Below, piece by piece: positions 1 to 14,786 of a DNA stretch of 64,000 nucleotides (its first letter is position 1; each line of letters opens with the position of its first letter). Below the pieces are notes generated by a model. That model worked only from the letters and a program-made list of their open reading frames with translations, was not told the DNA's origin and did not search any database. Made by a program: the position numbers and the translations under genes. This DNA is from Saccostrea cucullata (Eukaryota): the NCBI RefSeq assembly GCF_032062105.1, contig NW_026919405.1, positions 62,001-126,000 on the forward strand, read 5' to 3'.

Positions 1-321
1 TATCAAAGACGGTGTAGAGAATTAACCCCTGGGAGCAGAGCTTTTATAATCTATTTATTAGACAGAGAAGAAAAGAAAGGAAAAACAAACGTTTCATTGT
101 GGAGGTAATCCTATTGTTTCCATAAAAACGTTACAAAAAGAGTAAAACTTACAGATGCTTTCGGTGTTTTTATAAAAGCGTTTTTCAGTTATTACTTACT
201 AGTAATTGGCAAGGAAAATCAAACTCGATCGAGAGATTTGCTGATGTTTTTGCAGTTTGTAATAACCTTCAACCTGCTGTATACTTAACCGTATCGTTCA
301 ACTTTCGAAAATAAACAGACG

Positions 322-380
322 TCTCCATATCAGTGAAATATTCTGGAGAGGGACGTTAAACAATATTCAATCAATCAATC
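322..380 (+). mobile_element. 3' fragment of tRNA-derived SINE with (AATC)n tail
   Basis: 'gagagggacgttaaacaatattcaatcaatcaatc' matches the 3' ends of the copies at ~3290-3328 and ~23225-23260. Confidence 0.7.
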
Positions 381-3140
381 GAAAATAAACGAACAGTTGC
401 TATAAATCGCGATCGCACGATGTACATGTAATAAGGACCTAATTCTCAGTTCTTTGAAGTAAGGGTTCTAAGTATTGTCAATGGTTTAGTAAATACTAAT
501 AAGAATTCGATATAATCGTTATACCACTCTTGTTCATACACAGCATATTGTCAGTCTCTCACCAGGGGTCATATTACGCCAACAGTGTACAAATCATAGG
601 AAGCGCTTTGCTGAAGTTACCGTTGTCGATAGGCAGCGCCTTGTGGAAGTTTCCGGTTTTGGTTGCAGAAGGATAAGGTTACGTGCGATAAAGCGATGTC
701 GATAGGTAGCGCCTTATGGAAGTTTTTTGAAGCCCATGCCATGAAGCGGTTAGCTAGCTAACCGCTTAAAAAGGGTGGATATTTTAAAATAAGGGTAATG
801 ATGCAGTTCGATAAACTGCCTTGTGTATTTTCTCCATGTAAAAACAAAATACTTAGAAATGAATGAAGACGAAGGGTTTGTGTGTTTGAAAATAAAAGGT
901 CAAATGCTGTTACATGTTATGTGTTTCTATACAAGTAAACACAAAGCGATCATTCTCTATGGTTGATTTCCAGCTCTATTGAACCTGAAGCCCCTGTTAC
1001 AAATCCGATCTCTTACAGGGATAAATCAGAAGCAGCAATCGAGCGCATGAAAGCGTTCCAATACCCCCTACCTTTGATTCTTTGAATTGTTCTTTAGATG
1101 GTTAATATAAAATTATGGGTACAAGAAATAAATCAATATTCAATTAAAATAGTCAAAAGGAAAAGCTCAAATGAAAGCTAATCGCAAATTATAATGTTTT
1201 ATTTTGCATTCATTCGTAAAATCCAATACAAACCTAGTGATAAAATACTGAAACTTATTTAAGATTCTTGTCCTATTTTCTAATAAAGTGATAATTTCTA
1301 ATCACTGTTGATGGATTAATCTGTCTTTCAGTATGAGCTTATGTTATGTTTTGCTACAAACATTTTTCCATCACATTGTAAGTTGTTACCAATGTCAAAG
1401 ACATCCTCCGATAAGAATTGTTTTTGTAAATTATGAATAAGATTAAGTAATTCGAATGTTGACTTAATATATCCTAGTGAACTCGAAATAACAGACACCA
1501 CACAGTCTACAACATCTTTTTTATATTCCAATGTTTAACAATGGTTTAGACCAAATACATGTGTATAACTGCCAAGTAACAAGTTAACTAATTTACAAAT
1601 TCGATGATTTCAGCATTACCCTCTTTTAAAACTTCTCCTATTTATGTAAAGTGCACTATTACTGCATCATGTGTTTTAAGTCTCGAAGCTTATTTGGTAC
1701 GCAAGAGCAGGTTCTCGGGTACAATTAATTTTTAAGTTGAAGTACATGTAGTTTTACAGACAAATAAGTTGATGAGTACAAGTTCGTTTAAAGGCTGCAA
1801 AACGTATGGTCGAATTAATGGCCTTATTTGCAAATACAAATACAATCTATCGTTGGATCGTTTTGTACTTGTATAAATACTCAGTATATGTACACATAAA
1901 TCCTTCACACCGATTGTTTTGCTGTCATTTTTTAATTGTTTGATTTGTTTCCTATTATTTTGACAAGGAATTTCCCTAATTTGACTGATACAAAGGATTG
2001 TGGCTTGCCCAATCTTGATCTTGAATGCTGTTCGTTATCTCCATACGTTTCATACAGGATTCAATCCTTGCGCGACACAGGATTTAATAATAAAAAAACA
2101 GTGTTCACTTTTATCCCTTCTACGGCAAATTTGGTGAGCTTATTTATATAATGATCTGGTGAAAATAATAACCTTGAGTTACAAGTCATGATATCCTTTT
2201 CATCTTCCAAAATTCATTAATAATCATCGTAAGATACAGTTTAACAGAGAAATCCTAATGGTCAAATTTACTGAGCGGAAAGACTTCCAAGAGAAGAATG
2301 AATTATAGAAACTATATATCATCCTCTGACATAATAATAATTATAGAGAACATTACTTTAAATTGAACAGTTTTAAGATACTGTAGTTCAGGCTTGTAAT
2401 TAACTTGTGACAATAATGATAGTAATCTATAACCTCAGTTTGACGGTGAGTTTCATTTATATCTGTATACATGTATTAGCATCCGTAACACACTGTCGGT
2501 TAAATATTACTTCCCAACATGCTAGACTGGTATTCTTCATAGGGTGTTCCAGTCACTGAGCAGGCATATTGAAATTGGATATTAAGCCCAACATAAAAGA
2601 TATCAATAATTTTTAACCTTTTTCATCATTGATATGTGAAATGCAAACAATTTCAAAAACCCAGTTAAACCTAGACCTAATTACAATTTCCGTGGAAGCA
2701 CAAGATGAACAAAGTGTAAACATGCATAACAACAAGTCATCATTTGCCATTGTTATTTGCCTCACGCTAAACCTCTCCATTAAAATAACGTTTTCCTGCA
2801 AAACAATTATTTCAGAGACCAACTCATTCATAATTTAGTCCTCAAAACATTGGCATTTTCAAACGCTGATACGAAATACGGAAGATGTTCCTGAATAAGT
2901 GACAATGTTTGTAAAGTTGAAAATGAAGACTAAAATCAAGCATCATAAAAGGTCCTAAATACTGGGAGCGACAATCTTTCAACGGCCGAAAAAAAATCAT
3001 TTTATTATGAATTCTTTCAAAGATTTTGTCAGACGAAAACAGGGACTTGCTTATACAACAATACCAAGGTACAAGTTTATAACTTTATCACCTGCATACG
3101 GATTTTACATCTCATAGTTGATTCCACTGATGAGGGACGT

Positions 3141-3328
3141 GGAGACTGGTCCTTCGGATGAGACCGTATAAACCGAGACCCTGTGTCGCAGTAAGTGCTG
3201 GTACGAAAAAGACCCCACCCTGCTCGATGACTCTGATAACATTTGCAGCTCTCCAGCGGCAAGTGGTGGCGTCTCCATGTGAGTGAAAAATTCTCGATGG
3301 GGACGTTAAACAACATATAATCAATCAT
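3141..3328 (+). mobile_element. SINE, 5'-truncated, with Deu/Nin-like central domain
   Basis: Same 3' end as the 23053-23258 copy. Internal 'tccttcggatgagaccgtataaaccgagacc' resembles the conserved Deu/Nin SINE domain (recalled, not searched). Confidence 0.65.
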
Positions 3329-3369
3329 CTATTGTTGATTCGATAAACAAGGGCATGCCTCTACATATA

Positions 3370-3545
3370 AACATTTTCTAAAAAGATGCAAGTTTTTGAC
3401 AAGCAAGTTGATGAAACAGATGACGAAACACATGAAAGGATAGCAGCAGTCTCGTTAAAAGTCGTCCTTTCGTAAGTTCTATGGTCGATACAATAACCTT
3501 CACTTTAAGCCAAATGCTGACTGAGTTTTTCATACTAATTATTAT
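3370..3545 (+). mobile_element. Penelope-like retroelement remnant (RT C-terminus)
   Basis: Decayed reading FLKRCKFLTSKLMKQ...SR*KSSFRKFYGRYN. Related sequence occurs at 13437-13720 (+) and ~47110-47350 (-); the downstream motif recurs at 3900-3990. Confidence 0.5.
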
Positions 3546-4124
3546 GTAATATTTCCACTTCTAGTTTTGTTCTCTGTAATAACTCTTTGAAAGTAAGCAG
3601 AGTTGATTTCTTGATAATTCTACCGGAATGTAAATTAGGCAGGTCCATAGGCCAGGAGCTAAGGAGGCCTAATATGCATGAAAATCTCGTGCGGCTGCCT
3701 TTGTGTTTGACGTCAGTGGGCGAGGACTGTTGAAATAAGCATAGGAGTCCTTGTATAATTTAAATCTATGTCTACATTTTTAAAGTCTAAATCTACAATT
3801 TTATTTCACAATGAAATGGAAATATAAGGAATCACTGTCTAGTTAGTATAGTATGGCAGGGACATCAACAATAGTGGGAAACATGGGATAATTTACGCAT
3901 AACCGGTTGGCAGGGGATACTCACTCTTCCATGGCACCTTATCCCACCTCTGATGTTTAAGAGGTCTGTGTTTGCTCTGCTCCTGATTTGGTTTGTTAAA
4001 TGGACTTTAAATACTGTTCGATATCTCCATTTATTTCATTTTTTTCAGTGGATTAAGTGTTTTAGGAATATACTAAAGAATAGCAAAAGAACTTTGTTTG
4101 CTTGTTGTTTATAAAAAGAAAAAG

Positions 4125-4275
4125 TCACTCTCGCGAATTTTTCACCCTTATGAAGACGTCACCACTTGCCGGTGGAGGGCTGCAAATTTAGTCTTATATA
4201 CTCAACATGCACACTCAGAGTCATTGAGTTGTGAGGGATCTTTTTGTTCCAGCACCTACTGCGACACGGGACAGT
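4125..4275 (-). mobile_element. Degenerate SINE copy (same family)
   Basis: 'gaatttttcacccttatgaagacgtcaccacttgccggtggagggctgcaaattt' is the reverse complement of the SINE 3' region. Confidence 0.6.
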
Positions 4276-4914
4276 GATTTATACCCGTCGCTCTTTTCCA
4301 TTGGACCGATCTCTGCGTCCTGCAGTGAAATACAAATCCACGACGTATTAGGATCAACTCCTTACTCAGCAACTCAAAGCACTGCGTCATGGCCATCCAG
4401 GCGTAGGAATTCGGGATTTGATATTAGGCAATATCGTTATTTTTACAATGCTCATTGCTCATTGTAATAACTGAATTGTAAAAGCAACTTTCTCTCTCTT
4501 TCTATAATGAAAAAATTACACCTTCTGCATTTGTTATTCATCATTTATTGTATTAAATAACAGAATGTGTAAAACAAAAATAAAGAATTATAAAAAAATA
4601 TATATTTACATTATACATATGTTTTTGCATATAAAGTGAATGGAAATCTATTTCATTCAAAACACCATAACACAGACAGGGTACCAAGACCTTAAAGCAT
4701 GCGTTTTAGTTTGACGACATAATCGTTGAACGCAGAGGAAGTGCGACGTCACGCCACAAGCGAAAATAAAAAAAAATCACGCTCAAATTGACCAGAAGCT
4801 TTTACGTTGCATGGCTGATCCATTATAAAAGTAGCTTACACGAAGGAAAATACATACGTTTTTAATTAGAAATCACATTTGCAGTTAAGGTAGACAGTTA
4901 AAAATGTAAATATA

Positions 4915-5063
4915 AGCAATGAGTCAGTCTTTTTTGAAAGATATATAGTCTCATAACTGCAACGGTGTGTGCAAATAAATTGAGTAACGCGCGTTACTCA
5001 GTTTGTTTGCACACACCGTAGCAGTTATGAGACTATCTTTCAAAAAAGAATGATTCATTGTTT
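4915..5063. mobile_element. Foldback/palindromic MITE
   Basis: Near-perfect ~150-bp inverted repeat centred on gagtaacgcgcgttactc (~4982-4999). Confidence 0.75.
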
Positions 5064-5767
5064 AATAATAATTAAATCCCTAAAATATCGTTTAATTTAG
5101 ACTTTAAACATATCAGATATGATAAAAAGAAGATACCCATACTTTATCCACATTGAATAAACGACGAATAAAAGACAGAGGACTTGGGTTTTATGGTCAC
5201 CATGCTCAATCTGGAAAAGGATATCATTATCCATCCAAACTATTGCCGAGATTTGGCCATTTCTGTCAAATGGACTGATTTTATGTTGTTAAAATAACGT
5301 GCATGGTAAGAAATATAAGAGTCGGAAAAATCTTTAAACTTCTATGACAGAAGTGACAAAACTCTATAAGGAGCTTGACACGTGACTGCCTATATCACGT
5401 GATCCGCGCATGGACAGAACGGTTGCAGATGCGCATTAGAATTGGAGTGGACTACTTTGAAAACTTTTCAAAACTGAAACCCTATATCATTTCTTTTTTT
5501 TTCCATAAAATTATCACGCATGCCAATCAATTGATCACCTTCATGAAATCGAAAAACAAGACAGTGGAAAGTACATCGTCGTATTCCTTATATTTACATG
5601 CTTTTGATTCCGCCAATGCACGTGCTACAAGCCCTGCTTCTGTCTAGCTATTCGTCCGTGCCTATTGATGAACCAGTACATTCATATACAAATAAAGTAC
5701 ATTAACTATATATTTGTAATTCTATCTCGGACAAAGACACTGGAAGTGTAAATATTGTAACACAAAC

Positions 5768-6345
5768 AGATTTCAACAGCCAAATGCGGTTTCAAAAGGA
5801 GATAGTAGTATCTATCAATCAGAGACCAGATTTTGTTATTTGGTCTCCCACATCCCAGCTTGTTATTATGCTGGAACTTACAGTACCGTGGTAGTGCAAA
5901 ATCGAAGAAGCCCATGAGCGGAAAATGAATAAGTACCAGGATCTAGTTGCAGATTGACAACAACGGGCCGGAGGGTGTGGTGTCTCCTGGTGGAGTTGGA
6001 TGCCGTGTATTTGTAGGGCAATCTATATGTGGAGGGCCTTGCGGATTGTCGGTGTAATAGGCACCGAGAGACGATTAACCACTGGACGCCTGGACAGAGA
6101 GGCAGAAATGGCATCCATGTGGATATGGAAGAAGAGAGAGGAGCAGTGGAAAGTGCAACACTAAGACTCAGTGTGTTTGCTTGTGAATGAACATTTATTA
6201 AGTAAATGTGTTGCGCTGTAGGCGGAGAGATGAGTGGTTCCGGGCTTGGACTTGATCACTCCAGTCAGCATACCTCTGGAGATTGTAGAGGACAACGCCG
6301 AAACAACCAATGAAGGAGGATCCACCTGAGGACGGGACCATATGA
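5768..6345 (+). mobile_element. Decayed 3' end of an RLE-type non-LTR retrotransposon (HERO/NeSL/R2-like): endonuclease domain plus 3' UTR
   Basis: Manual translation: RPDFVIWSPTSQLVIMLELTVPW*CKIEEAHERKMNKYQDLVAD*QQR..(frameshifts)..GCRVFVGQS..WRALRIVGV..REAEMASMWIWKKREEQWK*. RPD..ELTVPW..K..KY is the restriction-like endonuclease signature. Stops at 5892 and 5955; missed by the ORF track. Confidence 0.85.
6273..6338 (+). ncRNA. Degenerate non-circularly permuted hammerhead ribozyme-like motif
   Basis: GUA 6285-6287, GAAA 6300-6303, CUGAGGA 6326-6332. Stem III ttgt/acaa; stem I gagga/tccac (1 mismatch); stem II only cc/gg; extra helix cctct 6273-6277 with ggagg 6315-6319. Confidence 0.5.
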
Positions 6346-6352
6346 CGCATCA

Positions 6353-6579
6353 TACATACACTATGATGGTTCCACGATAGGTTGTTGGAGATGTTGACCC
6401 CTAGGTACTTGGCCTTGGTGGTAGTGGCTAGCTCCTTCCCATGGATGTAATATGGGGTTATGCGTTGCTTCCGTTTGGTGGTGATACGGATAACCTCGCA
6501 CTTGCCTGGGTTGAAATGCATTAGCCAGTCTGTTTCCCAATCTTGGAGGTTGTCAAGGTCCATCTGGAGTTGTCTGGCA
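6353..6579 (-). repeat. Duplicated internal fragment of the adjacent LINE RT ORF
   Basis: Matches 7368-7600 apart from a 6-nt deletion (tcaata); encodes MDLDNLQDWETDWLMHFNPGKCEV... Confidence 0.95.
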
Positions 6580-6705
6580 AAAGAGAAACTTTAGTATATG
6601 TTGCTACAATTAACAAAGTCCACAAGTGATGTTCAAATCCGCTTAAAGTACAACCTTTAAAAATGATCATTCCAATCATTTAGTGAGCTCGGTGCTCACA
6701 GTACC

Positions 6706-9095
6706 TCTTCTTCTTCTTCCGGTAAAGTGAAGGGCCGCTGCTGCGGCATATTCTCACTATGTTTAAAAACGTGTATGTGAGGGGGAGTCCACGCATCTAT
6801 TTACAATATTAAAAACTGATAAAAACATGTCCTGCATGATTTATGGTGTTTTATATCCCTGAATCCTGGTCTTAAAGGACTCCAGGGACATGGCCGTGAT
6901 GGTGTTTTCTGGCAGCTGGTTCCATATCCTGATGGTAGTAGGAAAGAACGATTCCTTGTAGACGTTGGTACGGCAGAATGGGATCCTGTACCGGTGTTGG
7001 TGTCCCCTGGTGGCTGCTCCTGTTTGGCAGAATTGGGGAGGCAGGTCTATGGCAACAAGGGAATGGACAACACGGTACATCATAATAGCCTTTGCTTTAA
7101 TTCTGCGTTGTTGTAGACTTTCCCATTCTAGCCTGTCGATCATCGTTGTGACACTACTGGTGGTGTTGTAGTTATTGGTCACGAACCTAGCTGCCCTTCT
7201 TTGCACAGCTTCTAGTTTGTCGATGTTTTTCTTTGTGTGAGGGTCCCAGACAGTGGATGCATATTCTACCTGGGGTCTGACCAATGTCTTGTAACACTTG
7301 TCCTTGATGTTGCTGGGACAGGACGAAAGGTTCCTCCTTAAAAAGGCAGTGGTGTTGTTTGCCTTCTTACATACACTATCAATATGATGGTTCCACGATA
7401 GGTTGTTGGAGATGTTGACCCCTAGGTACTTGGCCTTGGTGGTAGTGGCTAGCTCCTTCCCATGGATGTAATATGGGGTTATGCGTTGCTTCCGTTTGGT
7501 GGTGATACGGATAACCTCGCACTTGCCTGGGTTGAAATGCATTAGCCAGTCTGTTTCCCAATCTTGGAGGTTGTCAAGGTCCATCTGGAGTTGTCTGGCA
7601 TTCGCCTCTGTAGTGACGGTCCTATACAGAAGGCAGTCGTCCGCGAATAACCTGGCCTTGGACCTCACTCTGGAGGGTAAATCATTTATGTATGTCAGGA
7701 ATAGCAGTGGGCCGAGGACTGTTCCTTGGGGCACTCCAGATGTTACCGGTGCGGTTGGTGAAAAATGGCCCTCGACCAATACCTTTTGTGTTCGTCCGGA
7801 CAAGAAACTCCTGATCCAATTGAGTACGTTGCCTCGTACCCCGTAGTGGTCTAGTTTGGCTAGCAATCTCTCATGTGGGACCTTGTCAAATGCTTTGGAA
7901 AAGTCCAGTAGCACTGCATCGACCTGGGTGTTGTTTTCAATACTCATGGCGAGGTCCTGGATTGTTGTTATTAGTTGGGACTCACAGGATCGCTTCTTCC
8001 TGAACCCATGCTGGTAGTCTGTTAGGATACTGTGATGCTCGAAGAAATTCATCAGGTGGCTGTGGATGATGTGCTCTATTACCTTGCAACACACAGAAGT
8101 CAGGGACACAGGACGATAGTTTGCAAGCTTGATCTTATCACCCTTCTTGAATATAGGAGAGACATTCGCGGTTTTCCAGTCCTCAGGTGTTTGACCTTGG
8201 TCAATGGATGCCTGGAAAATCTTGGTGAGTGCTGGTGTAACAGGGTGAGCCATCTCTTTCAGAAATCTAGTGGAGATCTCATCCGGTCCAGTCGCCTTAT
8301 TGGGGTTGAGTCCTTGCAGGAGCTTCAATACGCCCTTCTCTGTGACTCTAATGTCAGGTGCCGATGGGGTGGAACTAGTGCCTAGGGATGGAATATCGGA
8401 TGTATCCTCTGTGGTGAACACTGACGAAAATTGTTGGTTCAGGAGAGAGGCTTTTGTTTGTGGATCTCCATGAAGGTTCCCGTCAGATCGAAGTGGAGCG
8501 ATCCCATCACTGTCACACTTCTTACCCTTAATGAAGGAGTAGAGTTTCTTACTGTTGGAATCCTCCTGCACCATGTCTGATACGTACGAGTTATAGGCAC
8601 TTTTGCATTCATGTTGGGTTGATTTCTGCAGGCGCCTGTATCTCTGTCGATCCTTATCCTTGCCTGATCTTTTATATGTGTTGTAAGCTCTTCGTTTTCG
8701 TCTTGACAGTTGCTTGATCTTTCTGTTACACCATGGCTGGTTAAATCTACTTGAAGTCCACTTTGTTGGTACGTGCTTCCTGATTGTGTTGAGGCAGACT
8801 GTCTTGAAGGTGATCCAAAGGTCATTTATGGGGGTGTCATGTGTAGAGCCATCAAGGAGGTGTGCCAGGTCGCTGTCAAGGTCTTCTGCCATCTTCGCTG
8901 TGTTTGCTTTCTTCCATAAGTGGATGAGGCGTCTGACCGGTTTCTGTCTGGAAGGCACTATGTTTGTGTCATGACCATGTCATGGTCACTAAGGCCCGGG
9001 CAAGGTATGCACCTGTTTAATAAGGAGGGGCGATTTGTGATGAAGACATCTAAGGTGTTGGTACCTCTGGTAGGAAAGTCTACCATCTGGTTCTG
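6706..9095 (-). mobile_element. 5'-truncated CR1/L2-group LINE
   Basis: APE endonuclease C-terminus (QMVDFPTRGTNTLDVFITNRP..GLSDHD) at ~9090-8975, frameshift near 8970, RT ORF, short 3' UTR and (GAA)n tail at ~6707-6719. No clear TSD. Confidence 0.9.
6841..8958 (-). CDS. LINE ORF2 reverse transcriptase (705 aa open, N-terminally truncated)
   Basis: Motifs KATGPDEI, NYRPVSLTS, QHGFR, LDFSKAFDKV, SGVPQGTVLGPLLF, LFADD, YLGV, TRGH..SFFPTTIRIWNQLP. Confidence 0.95.
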   Translation of the reverse strand: MPSRQKPVRRLIHLWKKANTAKMAEDLDSDLAHLLDGSTHDTPINDLWITFKTVCLNTIRKHVPTKWTSSRFNQPWCNRKIKQLSRRKRRAYNTYKRSGKDKDRQRYRRLQKSTQHECKSAYNSYVSDMVQEDSNSKKLYSFIKGKKCDSDGIAPLRSDGNLHGDPQTKASLLNQQFSSVFTTEDTSDIPSLGTSSTPSAPDIRVTEKGVLKLLQGLNPNKATGPDEISTRFLKEMAHPVTPALTKIFQASIDQGQTPEDWKTANVSPIFKKGDKIKLANYRPVSLTSVCCKVIEHIIHSHLMNFFEHHSILTDYQHGFRKKRSCESQLITTIQDLAMSIENNTQVDAVLLDFSKAFDKVPHERLLAKLDHYGVRGNVLNWIRSFLSGRTQKVLVEGHFSPTAPVTSGVPQGTVLGPLLFLTYINDLPSRVRSKARLFADDCLLYRTVTTEANARQLQMDLDNLQDWETDWLMHFNPGKCEVIRITTKRKQRITPYYIHGKELATTTKAKYLGVNISNNLSWNHHIDSVCKKANNTTAFLRRNLSSCPSNIKDKCYKTLVRPQVEYASTVWDPHTKKNIDKLEAVQRRAARFVTNNYNTTSSVTTMIDRLEWESLQQRRIKAKAIMMYRVVHSLVAIDLPPQFCQTGAATRGHQHRYRIPFCRTNVYKESFFPTTIRIWNQLPENTITAMSLESFKTRIQGYKTP

Positions 9096-9364
9096 GTATT
9101 ACTTCCTGAACTGTATCAGGGCGACCAGGATGTAGAGTTTTCAAATTTCCCGCGGAAAAAACTGAAAGGCTAATTTAACATTCCGATGAAACTCTTTTTA
9201 TTAATAATATTTGTTAAGCACGTTCATAAATTTTTATTTATTTATTTTATTCCCATGCTTTTATTCAAAAGCACACATGATTAATGAATTCAAATTTTTT
9301 TGATCAAAAATTTCAATCTTTTGTGCAAAGAAGGTAAAATTGGTCTGTTACTAGTAAAAACAAC

Positions 9365-12401
<3,037 letters not shown>

Positions 12402-13436
12402 TCAAATTATTCATAGGCCAAAGGTCAACTTCCAAGTCATGTGATCTCAGAAAATCTGTGATGCATAACAACTGCTGATGAAGGAAATAATCTGAAAAAA
12501 AACTAAGGACTGTTTCGGATGATTTACTCCAGTAAGAAAAATGACAGCTGACCTGTCAAACTCATTAGAATTGCAGGCCAAGATTAATGCAAAAAAAGGT
12601 TGAATATTTATTGATGCATTTTGTTTTTGTTAATGGTCTATTTATTCCATGTCTATATATTTTTATTTTTTTAGAACTGTCAATTCATTAAAATTTTGAA
12701 CTAATTCATCTTTGCAGAATGCAAGGACATTTGCATGTACTTTGTCTTAAGTGCTTCTGAGAAGAGAAAAAATAAAATGTTAAATCTCCCAACTCCTAAG
12801 GAATTGTGTGTTGTATTGGAAAGTAGCATCACCAGCATTGTTTGTGAAATTATAAAAGGTGATGATAATGAAGTACAGTTATCGATCTCAAAAAATATAT
12901 ATAAACAATACTAATATGTAAAGAGCGCACAAAACATAGACCCCTTGAAATTTAATTCCAGAATTGGGATGAAGTGCCTAGCAGGAGAAAGCATCCCCTG
13001 TTGACCATTTTGAGCCCTATGTATTGAACAGGTAGACTTACCTTACCCTAGTCAAATTCCACTTTATTTCTGCTCTTCCTTGATGACAAAGGTGTTCCAA
13101 TGTATGTTCAATCATATGTTGATAGTTCATTAAGAACTAGTACAATATTAAATATACTTAGATTCTTATTGTAGAATATAGTATCCCGCATGGTCCTGAT
13201 ATACAGGCAATGTTTCAGTGTTTGTGAGGCAGTATGATGCAATACTGTGAAATTACCCATTTTTGTAAGAGGGAGGGTTGATTTTAGTTGTTTTCGAGGC
13301 ATGGAGAGACCGACAAATTTAATACCACCACCAAATTTTAAATTTCATATGCATTACACCGAAACATTCTCTCTCCAACCATAAAATCAAGTCTACAAAA
13401 TTCAATATATATATTTCCTTAAACCTCCAAACAAAA

Positions 13437-13720
13437 TACAATGACCTTTTCAGCAAATACAATTTACCATTGAGTCAAATGCTGACTGACGTCTTTCATA
13501 CTAATTGTTAGTCTATTATATTTACACTTAATTGACGATGGATTTTTGTCATTTCCCAATCATGACAAGGAGCACACAGCGGATGTGACCGGTCAGCAGG
13601 GGATGCTCACTCCTCCATGGCACCTGATCCCACCTCTGATGTTTTGGAGGTCCATGTTTGCTCGACTCCTATTTTGTATTGTTTTATTAACCTTGAATAT
13701 TGTTGGTTATCTCTATATGT
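13437..13720 (+). mobile_element. Penelope-like retroelement 3' remnant
   Basis: YNDLFSKYNLPLSQMLTDVFHTNC* followed by the motif 'gtgaccggtcagcaggggatgctcactcctccatggcacctgatcccacctctg', seen also reversed at ~12900-13030, ~32610-32730 and ~47110-47190. Confidence 0.5.
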
Positions 13721-13786
13721 TTCATGTAACTTGTTTACCCAACTGTGCCACTCCCACAAGCCCAGCAGACCATAATCTAAACAAAG

Positions 13787-14561
13787 TAGTGTTGGCAACG
13801 AGTACCCGGTTAACCGGTTAACCGTCGAACGATGCGAGTATCGGTTAGTAAAACTGCTATTCGGTTACTCGCATGAAAAAAAAAATCTACAAAGAAATGC
13901 ATATAAAATGATTGTTTTATAATTTATAAATGTATATACTTACACATTTCCCTAATTTTAGTTACCGTTAGACTTGATCTAATACATGGTTGCAGTAAAT
14001 CAAATTGTTTTGATTAGTTTTCACAGTTTATATAATAGCTTTGATTGCTTGGGGGTATACAACTTTTGAAGGCCTGAGTTATGATTACCTCATTTGATAA
14101 TTTAATGAGATGCCGCCTCAGACAAATTAATTATTGGAGTGTAACTGTAAGAAAGAACAGTTGATTCAAAATCTCAACAAATTAAGTATTAATTACGGAG
14201 TATGTAGATAATTATTATTCTCCTTGATAGCGACATATTTCGGGGGCTGAAAAGGAAAGCATAAGGAAAGCAATAGTGAGACCGTGATTGACGATGTCTT
14301 TATTTGTCTTCTTCATGTGTCAAATTTCTTATTTTCTTTAATCTAAAATCAAAATTCGTTGACAATATCGCATGTGTTTATTGTAAATATAATGCCCATA
14401 TATATACAGTTTTTTTGTATATTACTACTACCGATAAGTAAAGCATAAGATGAATAAAAGATGTGGTTGCTTTTACGAAAAATCATCCGAGTAACCGGGT
14501 ACTCGATCGGAAGATGAAGCGAGTAACCGGTTACTAAAAATCGTCCGATTTGCCAACACTA
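13787..14561. mobile_element. hAT-type non-autonomous element
   Basis: TIR tagtgttggcaa / ttgccaacacta; 8-bp TSD aaacaaag at 13779-13786 and 14562-14569; subterminal cgagta/cggtta repeats. Confidence 0.9.
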
Positions 14562-14786
14562 AAACAAAGTTGAATATGCATAATGTGGGAATGGCTGAAT
14601 TTACGTCTCCATGTGCTTCTGTGGGAAAACTTTTTTGCAGACACCAGCATATCTGTTAATAAAATTGTCATGTTCATATAAAAAAAAAATCAAGAGGAGG
14701 TTCAGATGAAGAACAAACAAGGGCACCGCAAAGTGGAGTGTACACTCACAAAGAGCATGTCTACATTTCACAGACATCTGACCAAT

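Noticed and set aside
1328-2838. Cluster of short ORFs that might be a decayed gene
   Set aside because: No recognisable motif or consistent frame could be assembled by eye; a translated search would be needed.
6198-6563. 121-aa ORF as a separate gene
   Set aside because: Chimeric read-through from the duplicated LINE fragment into the antisense strand of the RLE element UTR.
6965-9135. Several plus-strand and alternate-frame ORFs over the LINE
   Set aside because: Shadow ORFs of the GC-richer RT coding sequence with no independent motifs.
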